IMG/VR virus record: IMGVR_UViG_3300035183_000056 | Span: 1-61,812 of that record | Source: a virus | Lineage: Duplodnaviria > Caudoviricetes | Direction: 5' to 3' (one strand) | DNA: 61,812 nt | Shown here: one piece after another, positions 1 to 10,298 of the stretch | How positions within the stretch are numbered: position 1 is the stretch's first letter | Layout: every line of letters begins with the position of its first letter | Program-made: the position numbers and the translations under genes | The notes under the pieces: generated by a model | The model's input: only the letters and a program-made list of their open reading frames with translations | What the model was told of the DNA's origin: nothing | Databases searched by the model: none

Positions 1-99
1 GTTCGCAGGGAGTTTGCTTCGGACATAACCTTGCTTACTAAGGATGTTGGGGCTCCACCCCAGTACGCTGTTGTTACCATAACCAGTGACCAATTTTAG
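1..99 (+). CDS. 3' end of a gene entering from the left (partial)
   Basis: Frame 1 is open from base 1 to TAG at 97-99 and is followed by a hairpin. Confidence 0.35.
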   Translation, partial: VRREFASDITLLTKDVGAPPQYAVVTITSDQF

Positions 100-112
100 T
101 GGAGTCAGACCA

Positions 113-145
113 TAGCAAAGGGCGTCATTTTGACGCCCTTTGCTA
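113..145. terminator. Hairpin, probable terminator between convergent genes
   Basis: Perfect 15-bp inverted repeat TAGCAAAGGGCGTCA-ttt-TGACGCCCTTTGCTA. Confidence 0.75.
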
Positions 146-161
146 CCTTAGACCTTGTTGT

Positions 162-572
162 TTAACACCCTTCGTCCACTACGACCTCGTTCTTGGAACT
201 TTGGTCCCCCTCGTCTCCCATTTCGTCATCTGGCGGTAAGCTGAACTTAATTCGTTTCATGCTTGGTACGTCTCCTGTGGGTTGGGCGTTTGCCCAAGTG
301 TATAAGTAGGACTCAAAAGTCTTAATCACTCTGGTCAAACGGTCTTGTGTCTCAGGGCTTAGTCTAGCTACCGCTAGACCAGCATCTTGACTGTCTGATT
401 CTGTTGCCTTGTTAGAGGATCTTTGTGAATAAGCTTCCAGCTGGTGTTTGAAAATTGCCACATCAACCCAAGTAACAACTAACTTTAGGCAGTCTTGTCT
501 AATAGTGTTGCTCAACCCTGTAAAGTCCGTCATGTCCGGACTATCTGTATGGTTGATGGTAGTATCTGCCAA
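162..572 (-). CDS. hypothetical protein
   Basis: 136-aa ORF on the main strand; no recognised motif. Confidence 0.55.
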   Translation of the reverse strand: MADTTINHTDSPDMTDFTGLSNTIRQDCLKLVVTWVDVAIFKHQLEAYSQRSSNKATESDSQDAGLAVARLSPETQDRLTRVIKTFESYLYTWANAQPTGDVPSMKRIKFSLPPDDEMGDEGDQSSKNEVVVDEGC

Positions 573-1540
573 ACACCCATCTTAATTATGGCTGGGAGCA
601 AGTTCACTCTATCTACCGGCGCTAGGCCAGTCACCACTCTAGGATAGACCTTAAATACTTGAAATAACTCATGCTCGGTGATAGGGCTGAACTCATAGAG
701 GTGACCAGGGTAGGTAAGCATTGCATTCATTCTACAGTCATTGACGTTCCCTGTAGCTAGTCCCAGCCGTTGAACTGAGCTATACAAGGAGTCAGGATTT
801 AGCCTGGTATTACGCCAATGATCGTATATCCGGGCGTAACTAAAGGGACTAGCCTCAGCTATTTGCCGCAGTAATTGATTACAGTCAACATTGTTATTGA
901 TGCGACTCGACCGCAGTACTCTTTCGGTATAGGTTATCAAGGAGAAACCGAATTCTTTGAACAGGTCTACGGTGCAAACATCGTGACCACCTGATTCAAA
1001 TATCTTTACCAAGCACTCAGGATCAAGCTGCACATCGGAATCCAAGTTCATTAAGTAGCCAAGTACCTTCCTCACCTCAGGCCTCTGACTATTTAGCGAC
1101 TTCAAATGATAGGGTTCTATCTCAAACAACCAAAGGCCAGCTAACAAAGCTGGGTAGTCATTTAAGTCCACATCAAGGTCTATAAAGGCCTTGCAGATGT
1201 CATGACTTAGAAAGCTAGATGGATCTTCTGACCAGTTCCTGTAGAATGGTTTATTAACCAAGAAAGATAGGACACCTTGAGGTCTAAAATTAGTCAGGTG
1301 ATGCAAAGTGTCAAGCATAGCCAACAAGTGCGGTGCTTTAAAATGAGCTTTGTGGGTTAATGATTCGGTGGTGAAAAACTCAATAGTGTTGACTACAAAG
1401 TCCAGTGCCTTACCGTATACTGAATAATCGGATCCAGTCTGGCGTCTTTCCTTATCCAGCTTATAAAATTGAACTTCTACAGCCAGACTAAACAGCTTAG
1501 GGTCTGGAATGGTCAATAAGCCAGAGGTAAGTCGATACAA
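530..1540 (-). CDS. hypothetical protein
   Basis: 336-aa ORF; AAGGAGAG upstream. Confidence 0.7.
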   Translation of the reverse strand: MYRLTSGLLTIPDPKLFSLAVEVQFYKLDKERRQTGSDYSVYGKALDFVVNTIEFFTTESLTHKAHFKAPHLLAMLDTLHHLTNFRPQGVLSFLVNKPFYRNWSEDPSSFLSHDICKAFIDLDVDLNDYPALLAGLWLFEIEPYHLKSLNSQRPEVRKVLGYLMNLDSDVQLDPECLVKIFESGGHDVCTVDLFKEFGFSLITYTERVLRSSRINNNVDCNQLLRQIAEASPFSYARIYDHWRNTRLNPDSLYSSVQRLGLATGNVNDCRMNAMLTYPGHLYEFSPITEHELFQVFKVYPRVVTGLAPVDRVNLLPAIIKMGVWQILPSTIQIVRT

Positions 1541-1792
1541 GGAAAACGGGTCTCTCCTTATCTGGAAAGCAGGGCTATTGAAGAATTTATAAGAGAAAAA
1601 GACAGAGCTGCCTATTAAGGCAGGGTTGGGGTAGCATAAGAGGTGGCAAGATTGAAGGCATTGGACAGTATAGCAGAGAGCATAGGGGTGACTCCTTGGT
1701 ACGCAGGTGTTTTGGTGATGACCAAAAATCTACCAGGCTTTAGTGAGCTAGTAGGTCATCACCCCTATGTTTACAGTATGGCCCTTCTACCG

Positions 1793-2773
1793 CTATGTCT
1801 TAAGGGCCTTATCTTTCTTTATAAGGCCCTTCCGGTACTTAACATCCAATGTTTTATGGAGCTTCACTAAGTCCTGTTTGTTTAACCACTTGGTGAAGGA
1901 CTTCATCAACCAAGCGAGCTTGACCTTATTATCCTTATCTTTCTTTTCCTCAGGAGTACTAGCTGATATGGATATCCCGCTAACACAGGAGGACAGGACC
2001 TCCATATCACCTTCTTTATCCGCCTTAGGTGCCGACCCACCTTTTGAGCTTTCCAAGAACATGTCTGCCGCAGCAGACGCAAATGGCGCTATAGGAGCGA
2101 ACAGAGAAATGACAGAAAGGGCTCCTACAACGGTAGACCCTACGTCGTGCATAATAGGCTTTAAGGTCTCTGCTTCCTCATCCGTTATAGGCTTGCCTTC
2201 TTGCATGTCTGACACAGCATTCATAGCTGGCGTGAAGTCCTTATGGTCCTTAACTTCATCAAAGGCTTTATCGACAGTAGCATCAACTTTCTGATCGACC
2301 TCAGCGTAATGTGCCTTAGCGTACTTGCTCTTAGGATGCTTGGTCAGGTAAGCTTGTTGTCGTGCTGCGGTAAGGCTTTTCCACCATTTAGATAGCTTCC
2401 CAGACTTTTCGGTCTTTGGCTTGGCCTTAGCTTTTAACTTGACCTTTATTTTCTTAGGCTTGACCTTTGCCTTAGTTTTGAGCTTGGCCTTGGGTTTCAC
2501 TTTAGCCTTAAAGGTCTTACTTTTCTTTTTCGGCTTAGCTAAGCTCTCGCTAGTATAAGAAGGGACTAGACTTATAGTTGAGTGACTGGCTCCTGACTGA
2601 GATAGGCTCAACATGTTTTTAAGGATGCCTGTGGTATAGGCATAGAATGCACCAGTCTTTTTACCTTTAAAGCGTTTCCCTGCTATTGCTTTAGCTTTCT
2701 CCCAAAATCCCTCTATCTGCTTAACTGGTACCTTCAATTCTTTGGCAATTTTCTCAACGTATGCTGAAGGCAT
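1793..2773 (-). CDS. Lys-rich putative virion DNA-binding protein with a ChaB-like N-terminus
   Basis: MPSAYVEKIA..FWEKAKAIA..FYAYTTGILK resembles ChaB-like helices; KAKVKPK repeats; WWKSL..QQAYLTKHPKSKY module. Confidence 0.55.
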   Translation of the reverse strand: MPSAYVEKIAKELKVPVKQIEGFWEKAKAIAGKRFKGKKTGAFYAYTTGILKNMLSLSQSGASHSTISLVPSYTSESLAKPKKKSKTFKAKVKPKAKLKTKAKVKPKKIKVKLKAKAKPKTEKSGKLSKWWKSLTAARQQAYLTKHPKSKYAKAHYAEVDQKVDATVDKAFDEVKDHKDFTPAMNAVSDMQEGKPITDEEAETLKPIMHDVGSTVVGALSVISLFAPIAPFASAAADMFLESSKGGSAPKADKEGDMEVLSSCVSGISISASTPEEKKDKDNKVKLAWLMKSFTKWLNKQDLVKLHKTLDVKYRKGLIKKDKALKT

Positions 2774-2783
2774 AAGTCACCCC

Positions 2784-3146
2784 TTACCCTTTGTTGACTT
2801 GAAGGTCTTTGTACTCAAGGAACATGGATACTTGGTCAGTGAGGGTTTCCCAAGGATCAGCTGGAGACTCTTGCCAATTGGTGCTTTTTAACAATTGCTT
2901 GGTGGTAGCATTAAGCCACAGCATAGGCTCATCACCAAAAACGTCAGGCACATCCTCTTCGTAGCTGATATAAACTGGCCTACGAGCAATAACTCCAGTA
3001 TTATTGCGGTCAAATACTGGATCTATGTCACGCAACACTTCGGACACAATAGGTGTACCTAAGTCTAAACCTTGCTTGACAGCGTTATCGAGCATGGTTT
3101 GGATGAACTGGGCTGAAATAGGGTAATACGTAAGCATAATGGTCAA
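2784..3146 (-). CDS. hypothetical protein
   Basis: 120-aa ORF tightly packed in the operon. Confidence 0.65.
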   Translation of the reverse strand: MTIMLTYYPISAQFIQTMLDNAVKQGLDLGTPIVSEVLRDIDPVFDRNNTGVIARRPVYISYEEDVPDVFGDEPMLWLNATTKQLLKSTNWQESPADPWETLTDQVSMFLEYKDLQVNKG

Positions 3147-3151
3147 TCCTC

Positions 3152-3901
3152 TTATTTATCAAACTCAGGAATGTATTTAGGGCGTCGTAGTATTAGAACA
3201 CTTCGGGGGTACGCCCTGGATATATCATAGAACGATTTACCATACCCAGGGACAACCACCTTGCTCTTTAAGGAGTACTTCTCGACATTATCGAACCACT
3301 TAGATGGGTCACAGCCTTTGGCTCGCATGTTCAAGCACAAAGCTCTGTCTCTAATTGGGCTACCGCTGTTGTAGTAGACGGCTGTGAAAGCCATCTTCTC
3401 GAATTCGTTAGCAATAGGAAACTTTAGAGCACCATAGTTGTACTTATTCTTTAAGACTATTGCTCTCACCTGGAAAACCGGATCATACCTATTAGCCCAA
3501 GTCCATCCAGATAAACTACTCTTGTACTGTGCCCTAAGTTCAGCCCAAGTGTTAAAGCGTTCCGACCCATTATGATTATACGCGATGGTGGTCTGGCCAA
3601 AACCAAAACCATATTCCCTGGACGTCTTTAACTCAGCTTTAGGGTTAAAGCACTTCGTATGTGTTAAAGTCACGCACGTTTCTTGCTCTATCTGGGCAGG
3701 TATATAGGATTTCATGGACAACTCCGGCCAAACGGAGTTTATCGCGTCCTTTATAGACTGGATATAAGGCAGCGCTTTACCTGGGATTCGGGTTTGATCG
3801 GTGGCCGGGTTTACTTTAGCCTCAGCAGGGCAAGTAGTTAACAGGCCTACTAATGCCAAACCCACGGCGGTTAATCTACTTCTGCTACTCATGCTTTTCA
3901 T
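3152..3901 (-). CDS. endolysin, lytic transglycosylase (SLT-like) with an N-terminal signal peptide
   Basis: AQIEQET catalytic Glu, EYGFGFGQ and YYNSG motifs; basic-hydrophobic leader ending in AEA. Confidence 0.75.
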   Translation of the reverse strand: MKSMSSRSRLTAVGLALVGLLTTCPAEAKVNPATDQTRIPGKALPYIQSIKDAINSVWPELSMKSYIPAQIEQETCVTLTHTKCFNPKAELKTSREYGFGFGQTTIAYNHNGSERFNTWAELRAQYKSSLSGWTWANRYDPVFQVRAIVLKNKYNYGALKFPIANEFEKMAFTAVYYNSGSPIRDRALCLNMRAKGCDPSKWFDNVEKYSLKSKVVVPGYGKSFYDISRAYPRSVLILRRPKYIPEFDK

Positions 3902-4026
3902 TAGAATGCCCTCAAATAAGAGGGCTCCCCTACTTAGATTTCAAGGAGCCCTACTTGGCACACGCAGGCCACGGCGCACACCCAAGTTGCAACTACGTAT
4001 TGCATTAGGACTAGCGCCGCTTAGGA

Positions 4027-4338
4027 CTACCTCCCACCAAACAAGAAGGAAGAAGCTGTCTGGAACACCACGCACAGCAGGATGATAGTGGCTGCATACA
4101 CAATGGCTTTAGCCATTTGGTTATCAGAATCTTTAATCTGCTGGGCTAGATCAGACAACGAAATACTTAGGTACATCCGGAGAACAATGTGTGATCCAAA
4201 TGCGACGGAGAAGAAGAAGGCCATCGCATACATTAGGAGGTTGAATGCTTTGGGGTCATCCCAAAACCCTACAACCAGCATTACGGCTGTAACAAAACCA
4301 ATTAAAAGTTCGCGTTTGATACGGTTAACAAAGGTCAT
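4027..4338 (-). CDS. putative holin
   Basis: 103 aa with three hydrophobic segments, directly upstream of the endolysin; AAGGAG RBS. Confidence 0.6.
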   Translation of the reverse strand: MTFVNRIKRELLIGFVTAVMLVVGFWDDPKAFNLLMYAMAFFFSVAFGSHIVLRMYLSISLSDLAQQIKDSDNQMAKAIVYAATIILLCVVFQTASSFLFGGR

Positions 4339-4410
4339 AGAAGCTCCTTACTGTTTTGCTTAAAATTACGGACCACTTACTCATTGGACCTTAATAAGGT
4401 CAACCAAATA

Positions 4411-4860
4411 CTAGGAGGGTTGACCCATGTCTTGACCGAAGATAGATCCGAAGAAGGTAACACCTCCATTGTAGGTAAACACAGTGAAAATGTCGATGGC
4501 ATTAGCGGCGAGGGTTAGGGTAGGGGCAGTACGACCAGGCCACCACACTTTGCCTGCAGTAGGTGACGTTATATCCCAGTTAAAAGCTCCAGAACCCGAC
4601 GAATTCTGGACCACAATAAGTGTGATAGGAATCAGCCGATCTGCAGGAACATCGGTAAAAGTCAAGCTAGCTACGTTGCCAACTTCCATGTCTACTACCT
4701 GGGAATTCTTTGTCATAGGTATGACCAGGTTGCCCGACCCATCAGGAGCAATGGTCGTAGTAGTTAGCACGGTATACCCGTCTATAGTGGGTGTGACAAG
4801 CAGGGGGTTTCTTAGAGTAAGGCCAGTCAAGGTTGCGAGGGCTAAAGCTGGGGAAGCCAT
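4411..4860 (-). CDS. tail-fibre-associated beta-rich protein
   Basis: W..G.APTLT....IDIFTVFTYNGG motif typical of fibre C-terminal modules; lies in the fibre cluster. Confidence 0.55.
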   Translation of the reverse strand: MASPALALATLTGLTLRNPLLVTPTIDGYTVLTTTTIAPDGSGNLVIPMTKNSQVVDMEVGNVASLTFTDVPADRLIPITLIVVQNSSGSGAFNWDITSPTAGKVWWPGRTAPTLTLAANAIDIFTVFTYNGGVTFFGSIFGQDMGQPS

Positions 4861-4910
4861 GTTAAATCTCCATACAAGTAGTCAAAGCTTAGGGCTACCA
4901 AGTGTCAAGG

Positions 4911-6128
4911 CTACAACCAACCGATTACTTCGTAACAATCAGTGTAAACTTCGGGAACTGACACTAAGGGCTGAGATAAAGATATAGTCGTTCCATCTGT
5001 TGCGGTGAAGTCCTGGTCAGGCATCAACTTAACACCATTCAACCATACATCCACGAAGCCGATCTTATAGGCTATGTTTATAGTGTTCTGACCATTGATT
5101 GCCCACCCATAGATTCTATTCTGGTATACAGTAGTCGTAGTCATGCTTTGGATTTGCATACCTTGGCCATCGTATACCAAATCCAGTACAGTTCCGGCTG
5201 GTATGGAGGACTGGGTCATGTCTAGACCAGGTATAGGCTTAACTTCCAGATAGGGTAAATTGTTTACCATAATGGTCAAGGGGTACCCGACGGCAGTAGC
5301 ATTATTCAGCTTAACTCTTAGACTAGCTCCCTCTACATAAGAAGTCCAAGAAGGTATGGACACTTCTATTGAACTTGGGGAGGGGCTTGTATCTAGCACG
5401 TATAGCAATCCAACACCATCTGTACCGTTATTTCCTTGGAAACCCTGAGTGCCCTGAGAACCTTGAGCCCCTTGGGTGCCTTGAAAACCTTGGTTACCTT
5501 GGAATCCCTGAAATCCTTGTGGTCCTTGAAAGCCCTGAGAACCTTGAGCCCCTTGGGTTCCTTGTGGTCCTTGAAAGCCCTGAGAACCTTGAGCCCCTTG
5601 GGTTCCTTGTGGTCCTTGAAAGCCCTGAGAACCTTGGACGCCCACGCCGTTGCTACCCTGGGAACCCTGGGACCCTTGCGGTCCTTGAGTACCTTGCGGT
5701 CCTTGAGTACCTTGCGGTCCTTGAGTACCTGAACCAGGGGGCCCTTGTAAACCTTGGGTACCCTGTGGTCCTTGAGGGCCTAGCAAGCCCGAGTCGTCAT
5801 AGGAAATAGGGTAGAGGAATATATCTTCATAAGCTGTAATTTCTTCCCACGTATGTTGATTACCGGCCAATTGAACCGGGTTTGGCGCCGTGTAAGATGT
5901 TAGACGATAGACCTTACCATACCAGGCGTGGTTAGGGTTAGATGGTATCCATATACCATTTATAGGGAAGAGAGGGTTGCCAGGCTCATAATATGATAGA
6001 ATTATGGGGTACCGCGTGTGATTGATTGGGTGGTCTATGTTAAGAACAACTGGGTTGTCAATATCCATGTTACGGATATCAGCCAGGTAGTTCATTTCTT
6101 GTAAAAACAAAGTTAGTCTAGGTTGCAT
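4911..6128 (-). CDS. collagen-like tail fibre protein
   Basis: Long G-x-Q triplet run; C-terminal VWLNGVKL...DFTATDG motif. Confidence 0.75.
   Translation of the reverse strand: MQPRLTLFLQEMNYLADIRNMDIDNPVVLNIDHPINHTRYPIILSYYEPGNPLFPINGIWIPSNPNHAWYGKVYRLTSYTAPNPVQLAGNQHTWEEITAYEDIFLYPISYDDSGLLGPQGPQGTQGLQGPPGSGTQGPQGTQGPQGTQGPQGSQGSQGSNGVGVQGSQGFQGPQGTQGAQGSQGFQGPQGTQGAQGSQGFQGPQGFQGFQGNQGFQGTQGAQGSQGTQGFQGNNGTDGVGLLYVLDTSPSPSSIEVSIPSWTSYVEGASLRVKLNNATAVGYPLTIMVNNLPYLEVKPIPGLDMTQSSIPAGTVLDLVYDGQGMQIQSMTTTTVYQNRIYGWAINGQNTINIAYKIGFVDVWLNGVKLMPDQDFTATDGTTISLSQPLVSVPEVYTDCYEVIGWL
5430..5780 (-). repeat. 9-bp tandem repeats encoding G-x-Q collagen triplets
   Basis: Repeated ccttg/ccctg-based 9-mers with higher-order duplications. 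Confidence 0.85.
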
Positions 6129-6162
6129 AGTGTCTGACCCTTAAGTTGGTGGATTGTGCTAG

Positions 6163-6621
6163 TTATGGCTTGTTAGCCAACAAGACATCTAGCTCAGCCT
6201 TTGCGGCATCGGCATTGCTAGTGTTACTAAACAGGTCCCTCACTTGTTGCCGCCATAGCCTCCATTCTTCTTTCTTGGACTCACTCAGCGGCACATCCGC
6301 TAACTGTGTCCAGTCTGAACTCGCCAAGGCTTGATTGCGCTGTTCTCTAACAGCCTCAATCTTTTGGTCTTCGGTAGTTTGGTCCACCCAGTTACCATCC
6401 ACGACAATCCAGTTTCCTGGCTGACGAGGCTTTGGCACATACATCAGGTTTCCTGTAGAGCCCATATCCTTAAAGATACCGTTGAGACAATCACTAGGTG
6501 GGTCCTGAACCTCGTGGTAAGTGCAACCCTCTTGATCCCTGTAGTACTTTGCAGTGGCCTGGGAATTGGTTAGGCAGCAAATAACTGATTGGGGGTTCAC
6601 TATTACGTACATCATAATCAC
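6163..6621 (-). CDS. tail fibre assembly chaperone
   Basis: R..RN..L..SDWTQL.D.PL....W..WRQ..RD motif. Confidence 0.8.
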   Translation of the reverse strand: MIMMYVIVNPQSVICCLTNSQATAKYYRDQEGCTYHEVQDPPSDCLNGIFKDMGSTGNLMYVPKPRQPGNWIVVDGNWVDQTTEDQKIEAVREQRNQALASSDWTQLADVPLSESKKEEWRLWRQQVRDLFSNTSNADAAKAELDVLLANKP

Positions 6622-6623
6622 CC

Positions 6624-9611
6624 TTAATCGTGTATAACAATAAGTTTGGTGTCTGAGATACTCAATGTACCATCTGACAGATTGGACTTGGCTGCCAACA
6701 ATTGGTACGTGTAGCTTGCAGCATAATATATGGGCGTAGTATGAATTAGAGTAAGACCTACGTTCATGTTACCTATAATTGCATCTCCTTGACCACGTGT
6801 TATAGCAACCCGGACACCTTCGAACATAAGCTTGAAGTACCCGTCGTAGTCTACCATAGATAACCCCATAGAACAGCTAGCAATAGCTACCATAAAAGTT
6901 GTACTAGCAGAGGCTGCAACCACAGCCGTACCGATAGTATGGTTATTGATATCGGTTATGCCTGATATGTCGGCAAAGGCCCATTCGTCGGCGTATATGT
7001 TGGCTGAGGAGCCCGTTGCTCCTTGAACCCCTTGGGTCCCCTGGAACCCTTGAAAGCCCTGGAAGCCCTGGAATCCCTGGAAGCCCTGGAATCCCTGGAA
7101 CCCTTGAAAGCCCTGGAAGCCCTGGAAGCCCTGGAAGCCCTGGAAGCCCTGGAATCCCTGTGGCCCTTGTGGTCCCCTAATAATGATTAACTCGTCCCTT
7201 TTCATTAACCGGGATTTGGATAAACCACATAAGAACGTATAAAATAGGAGATCTCCAGATATGGTTATGTCCGTTTCGAGTAGATGGTCTGTTATACCAT
7301 TTGAGGTCGTAACCGTGCAATGGTCTTTGTACAAGTAGTCCGTACCAACAAACGTCAAAGTGTTGTCTACTCGGTCCTCTACATCAACAATCGCCATTTG
7401 ATAAGGCTGTACGATAGGGAAAGGGCCAGTACTAGGTAGCCACACATGAAGGTCTCCTTCTACTATCTCAACCGAATACCCGGGCTTGGAGACCGACTTG
7501 AACTGGGTAATTTCTACCCAACCGTCAGTGGGGTTATCGGCGAAACTGATGGTCCCTGACCCGAGTGTATACTGTGACCTATGAGCATACTTATTATTTA
7601 CCATCACCAATAGGTCATCCGGATGGCTAGCCATATCGCTCGGTATGGTATATGAAGTAGCCCCAGTAGCAGCAAAGGTCTGCCTAGCACACTGGATTGT
7701 GGTTCCCACATCCGCATGTTCCTGATAACAAATGATATCCACTAAGGTCCCTGTTGTAGCAGCCGCAAATAGCACTACTTGGTTAGTGGTTGGGTACCAT
7801 GTGAAAGCATTAGGGCCTAATAACTGACCATTCTTAAAGATCAAGATATAGCTCTTTCTAGGCACTTCAACTATGTTGAAGGTAGCCCCACCATCCCCTA
7901 CGAAGGTCAATACTACGGGCTGCAATCTGTTACCTTCGTAGTACCATCCTGCTGGGTCGGACCACATTGGTCCAGCGTCAAAGCCAGATACAGACGACAC
8001 AACCGGGTCAGCTTGGGAGGCCAAAACCAATATGTCCACCTTTTGGCCACTTGTTAGGCCGGTCTTGAAAGAGATTTTGTTACCGTCATAGACAGTGTAA
8101 TCGTTCTTACTCTTGTACAGACCGTTGACCAATACTACGGTGTCCCGCTTGTAGTTGATCGTTGACCCAGCTGTAAAGTCTCGTTGACCAGACGTGGCTA
8201 TATGGTAAGCCCTGCTGATAGTGGTGTTAGAATTCAATTCCTCAGCATTAGCCATTACCAAAAGGTTCACAGAACCAGTCGGGTTGGACGTAAAGGACAA
8301 TAGTGAACCAGTAATAGTGTAGGTAGAAGGCTCTTTAAGGGCGCCATTGACAAACGCTAGGACCATCGACGAACTAGATGGTATACTGGGTAATTGGAAC
8401 CCACTGGTCGTACCAGTAGCTGTGTATTCCGCTTCCCCTATCAACAAAGCCGAACCATCACTGGGGGTGGTGGTGAAGTAGACGAATGTTATCTTGGTAC
8501 CTGATGCTGGGATAGCTGAAACGTCAAAGGTAATGTCAGAAGATCCAAGCACGTACCTATTGGTTGGTTGCATCACACCAGATACAAACACCCAGAGTCG
8601 GGTGGAATGGCTAATGACATCTGACGGTATGTCCGAAATGTCATAGACTGTAGCCCCAGTCGAAGTTATTGACTTGAAGTTCGGAACCATAGTCGAACCG
8701 CCGGAAGGCGACAGCTCCCTAGAGAAACTGTTCTTACCAGCTAGTAAAGCGTATTGTGCGGGCACACCTGACCTTGACGGTAACCACTTAGTGTTGGAGC
8801 GCCATATAGCGATACGGCTATCACCAGTTAAACTAGTGAACGGCTTCTCCAGTACATTAAACGTAAGGCTGTCCTTAGCGTAAGACGCTTTTCTGGATTC
8901 GCCAAACCCAGGACCACCTACTACTTGCAGCAAAACGGTCTCGCCGTCATCCAACCATAGACCTTGGGTACCTATATCAAGGACAAACTCACTGGCGCTT
9001 ACCACAGAATCCGCGGGGCCGCAATAAACCCTAGAATGCTCTGAGAATGCCCATTCAAATCCACTGACCCCAGATTTAACGGCCATGATAGGTCTAACAG
9101 TCAAGTCTTGATTCAACTGACCATCAGAAACCATTACAACGTTTTCCAGAGCTTCTGAAGGCTTAACTAACGACCGTACACTAGAGCAGCTAGGTAAGCC
9201 GTTGCTATCCACAACGGTAACGTTGATAATCTCACCCAATCTGCCTGCCATCACCAGAACGTATAGCTTGAGGCCGAATTCAGTAGTTTTCTGGTATACC
9301 GTATTGAGATAGCCGTGTGCAAATAAAGCCCCAGACCGTGTGTACAGACCTATTTCAGATACCACCTTAGTACCACTGCTAGGCCACCCAGGAGGTATAA
9401 CTAGCGTACACTTAATAGTAGAAGGACCAACGGTTTCAATGTTCTGAATATCCGCTTCATACCATATAGTACCTTCCAAGGCAGTATCAGCTACAGATAA
9501 GGTAACGCCTGTTTGCTCTGTCACTGCAAAGGACGTGAGATCGAGTTTGAAACCACCAGCTTCAACATCGGTCATAGCGGTTAAGCCAAGGTCGGTTGTT
9601 AAGATAGGCAT
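6624..9611 (-). CDS. long tail fibre protein with repeated beta modules and a collagen segment
   Basis: N-terminal EIGLYT..G.LFA baseplate-attachment motif; repeated V.VNG....(D)Y modules; (GFQ)n collagen. Confidence 0.8.
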   Translation of the reverse strand: MPILTTDLGLTAMTDVEAGGFKLDLTSFAVTEQTGVTLSVADTALEGTIWYEADIQNIETVGPSTIKCTLVIPPGWPSSGTKVVSEIGLYTRSGALFAHGYLNTVYQKTTEFGLKLYVLVMAGRLGEIINVTVVDSNGLPSCSSVRSLVKPSEALENVVMVSDGQLNQDLTVRPIMAVKSGVSGFEWAFSEHSRVYCGPADSVVSASEFVLDIGTQGLWLDDGETVLLQVVGGPGFGESRKASYAKDSLTFNVLEKPFTSLTGDSRIAIWRSNTKWLPSRSGVPAQYALLAGKNSFSRELSPSGGSTMVPNFKSITSTGATVYDISDIPSDVISHSTRLWVFVSGVMQPTNRYVLGSSDITFDVSAIPASGTKITFVYFTTTPSDGSALLIGEAEYTATGTTSGFQLPSIPSSSSMVLAFVNGALKEPSTYTITGSLLSFTSNPTGSVNLLVMANAEELNSNTTISRAYHIATSGQRDFTAGSTINYKRDTVVLVNGLYKSKNDYTVYDGNKISFKTGLTSGQKVDILVLASQADPVVSSVSGFDAGPMWSDPAGWYYEGNRLQPVVLTFVGDGGATFNIVEVPRKSYILIFKNGQLLGPNAFTWYPTTNQVVLFAAATTGTLVDIICYQEHADVGTTIQCARQTFAATGATSYTIPSDMASHPDDLLVMVNNKYAHRSQYTLGSGTISFADNPTDGWVEITQFKSVSKPGYSVEIVEGDLHVWLPSTGPFPIVQPYQMAIVDVEDRVDNTLTFVGTDYLYKDHCTVTTSNGITDHLLETDITISGDLLFYTFLCGLSKSRLMKRDELIIIRGPQGPQGFQGFQGFQGFQGFQGFQGFQGFQGFQGFQGFQGFQGFQGTQGVQGATGSSANIYADEWAFADISGITDINNHTIGTAVVAASASTTFMVAIASCSMGLSMVDYDGYFKLMFEGVRVAITRGQGDAIIGNMNVGLTLIHTTPIYYAASYTYQLLAAKSNLSDGTLSISDTKLIVIHD
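7012..7178 (-). repeat. 9-bp tandem repeat encoding (GFQ)n
   Basis: Near-identical ccctggaag/ccctggaat units. Confidence 0.9.
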
Positions 9612-9624
9612 ATACAGATGCTCC

Positions 9625-10296
9625 TTATTCCAAAGTTATGTGAGCGAATGACGAGGTCTCATCTATTCTGGTCTCTATACCGAAAGCCTTGCCACCAACC
9701 CAGTCTACTATATCAAAGGTCACTACGAGGTATAAGGCGTTGATGACCAATGATATGGGACAGAAGTTATAAAAGATGTCCCTGACCCGTTGGTACAGAA
9801 GGTCCCCAGTACTTAGCACCACGCTAGAGTCCCTCAGCTCTATGTTAAGGTTGATGTGAGTTGTCTTAAACCAATTTCCATGACCTAATTTAAGCAGGCC
9901 GCCGCCAGGCTCCGGGTAAAAGTTCACGTAGTCCTCCGTGTATAGGTGTTCCATGCTGATCTTTGCGTTAAGGATGAGCTCCTCGAATTTAATGAAAAGG
10001 TCTGGTCCATTATAATCCGGGTAGTGTGGAAGTTGTGTTACCAACTTCAACAAGTTTGCTGACGATCTATCTAAGATGTCTTGACTAACGTCAAAACCTA
10101 TCAAGCGAGCCGTATACTTAAGGTACTCATCTTCGGTATATCTATTTATATGGCGTACCGTTTGAAGTTGGTCAATAGGACCGTCTACATTAGTTTCCAT
10201 TACTTGGATAAACGCTTGGATCATATCGGCCCAAACAGGATTATTAACCACTATTTCGGGCATCAAATCCATTAAATCAGCTTTTGGCTTCTCCAT
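9625..10296 (-). CDS. baseplate wedge protein (P2 gpI-like)
   Basis: Lies between the gp6/J-like gene and the fibre gene; YL...ARLIGF and P.SL motifs. Confidence 0.6.
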   Translation of the reverse strand: MEKPKADLMDLMPEIVVNNPVWADMIQAFIQVMETNVDGPIDQLQTVRHINRYTEDEYLKYTARLIGFDVSQDILDRSSANLLKLVTQLPHYPDYNGPDLFIKFEELILNAKISMEHLYTEDYVNFYPEPGGGLLKLGHGNWFKTTHINLNIELRDSSVVLSTGDLLYQRVRDIFYNFCPISLVINALYLVVTFDIVDWVGGKAFGIETRIDETSSFAHITLE

Positions 10297-10298
10297 AA

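Noticed and set aside
5369-5809. Plus-strand ORFs with LESPENLEPLG repeats
   Set aside because: Antisense shadows of the collagen repeat
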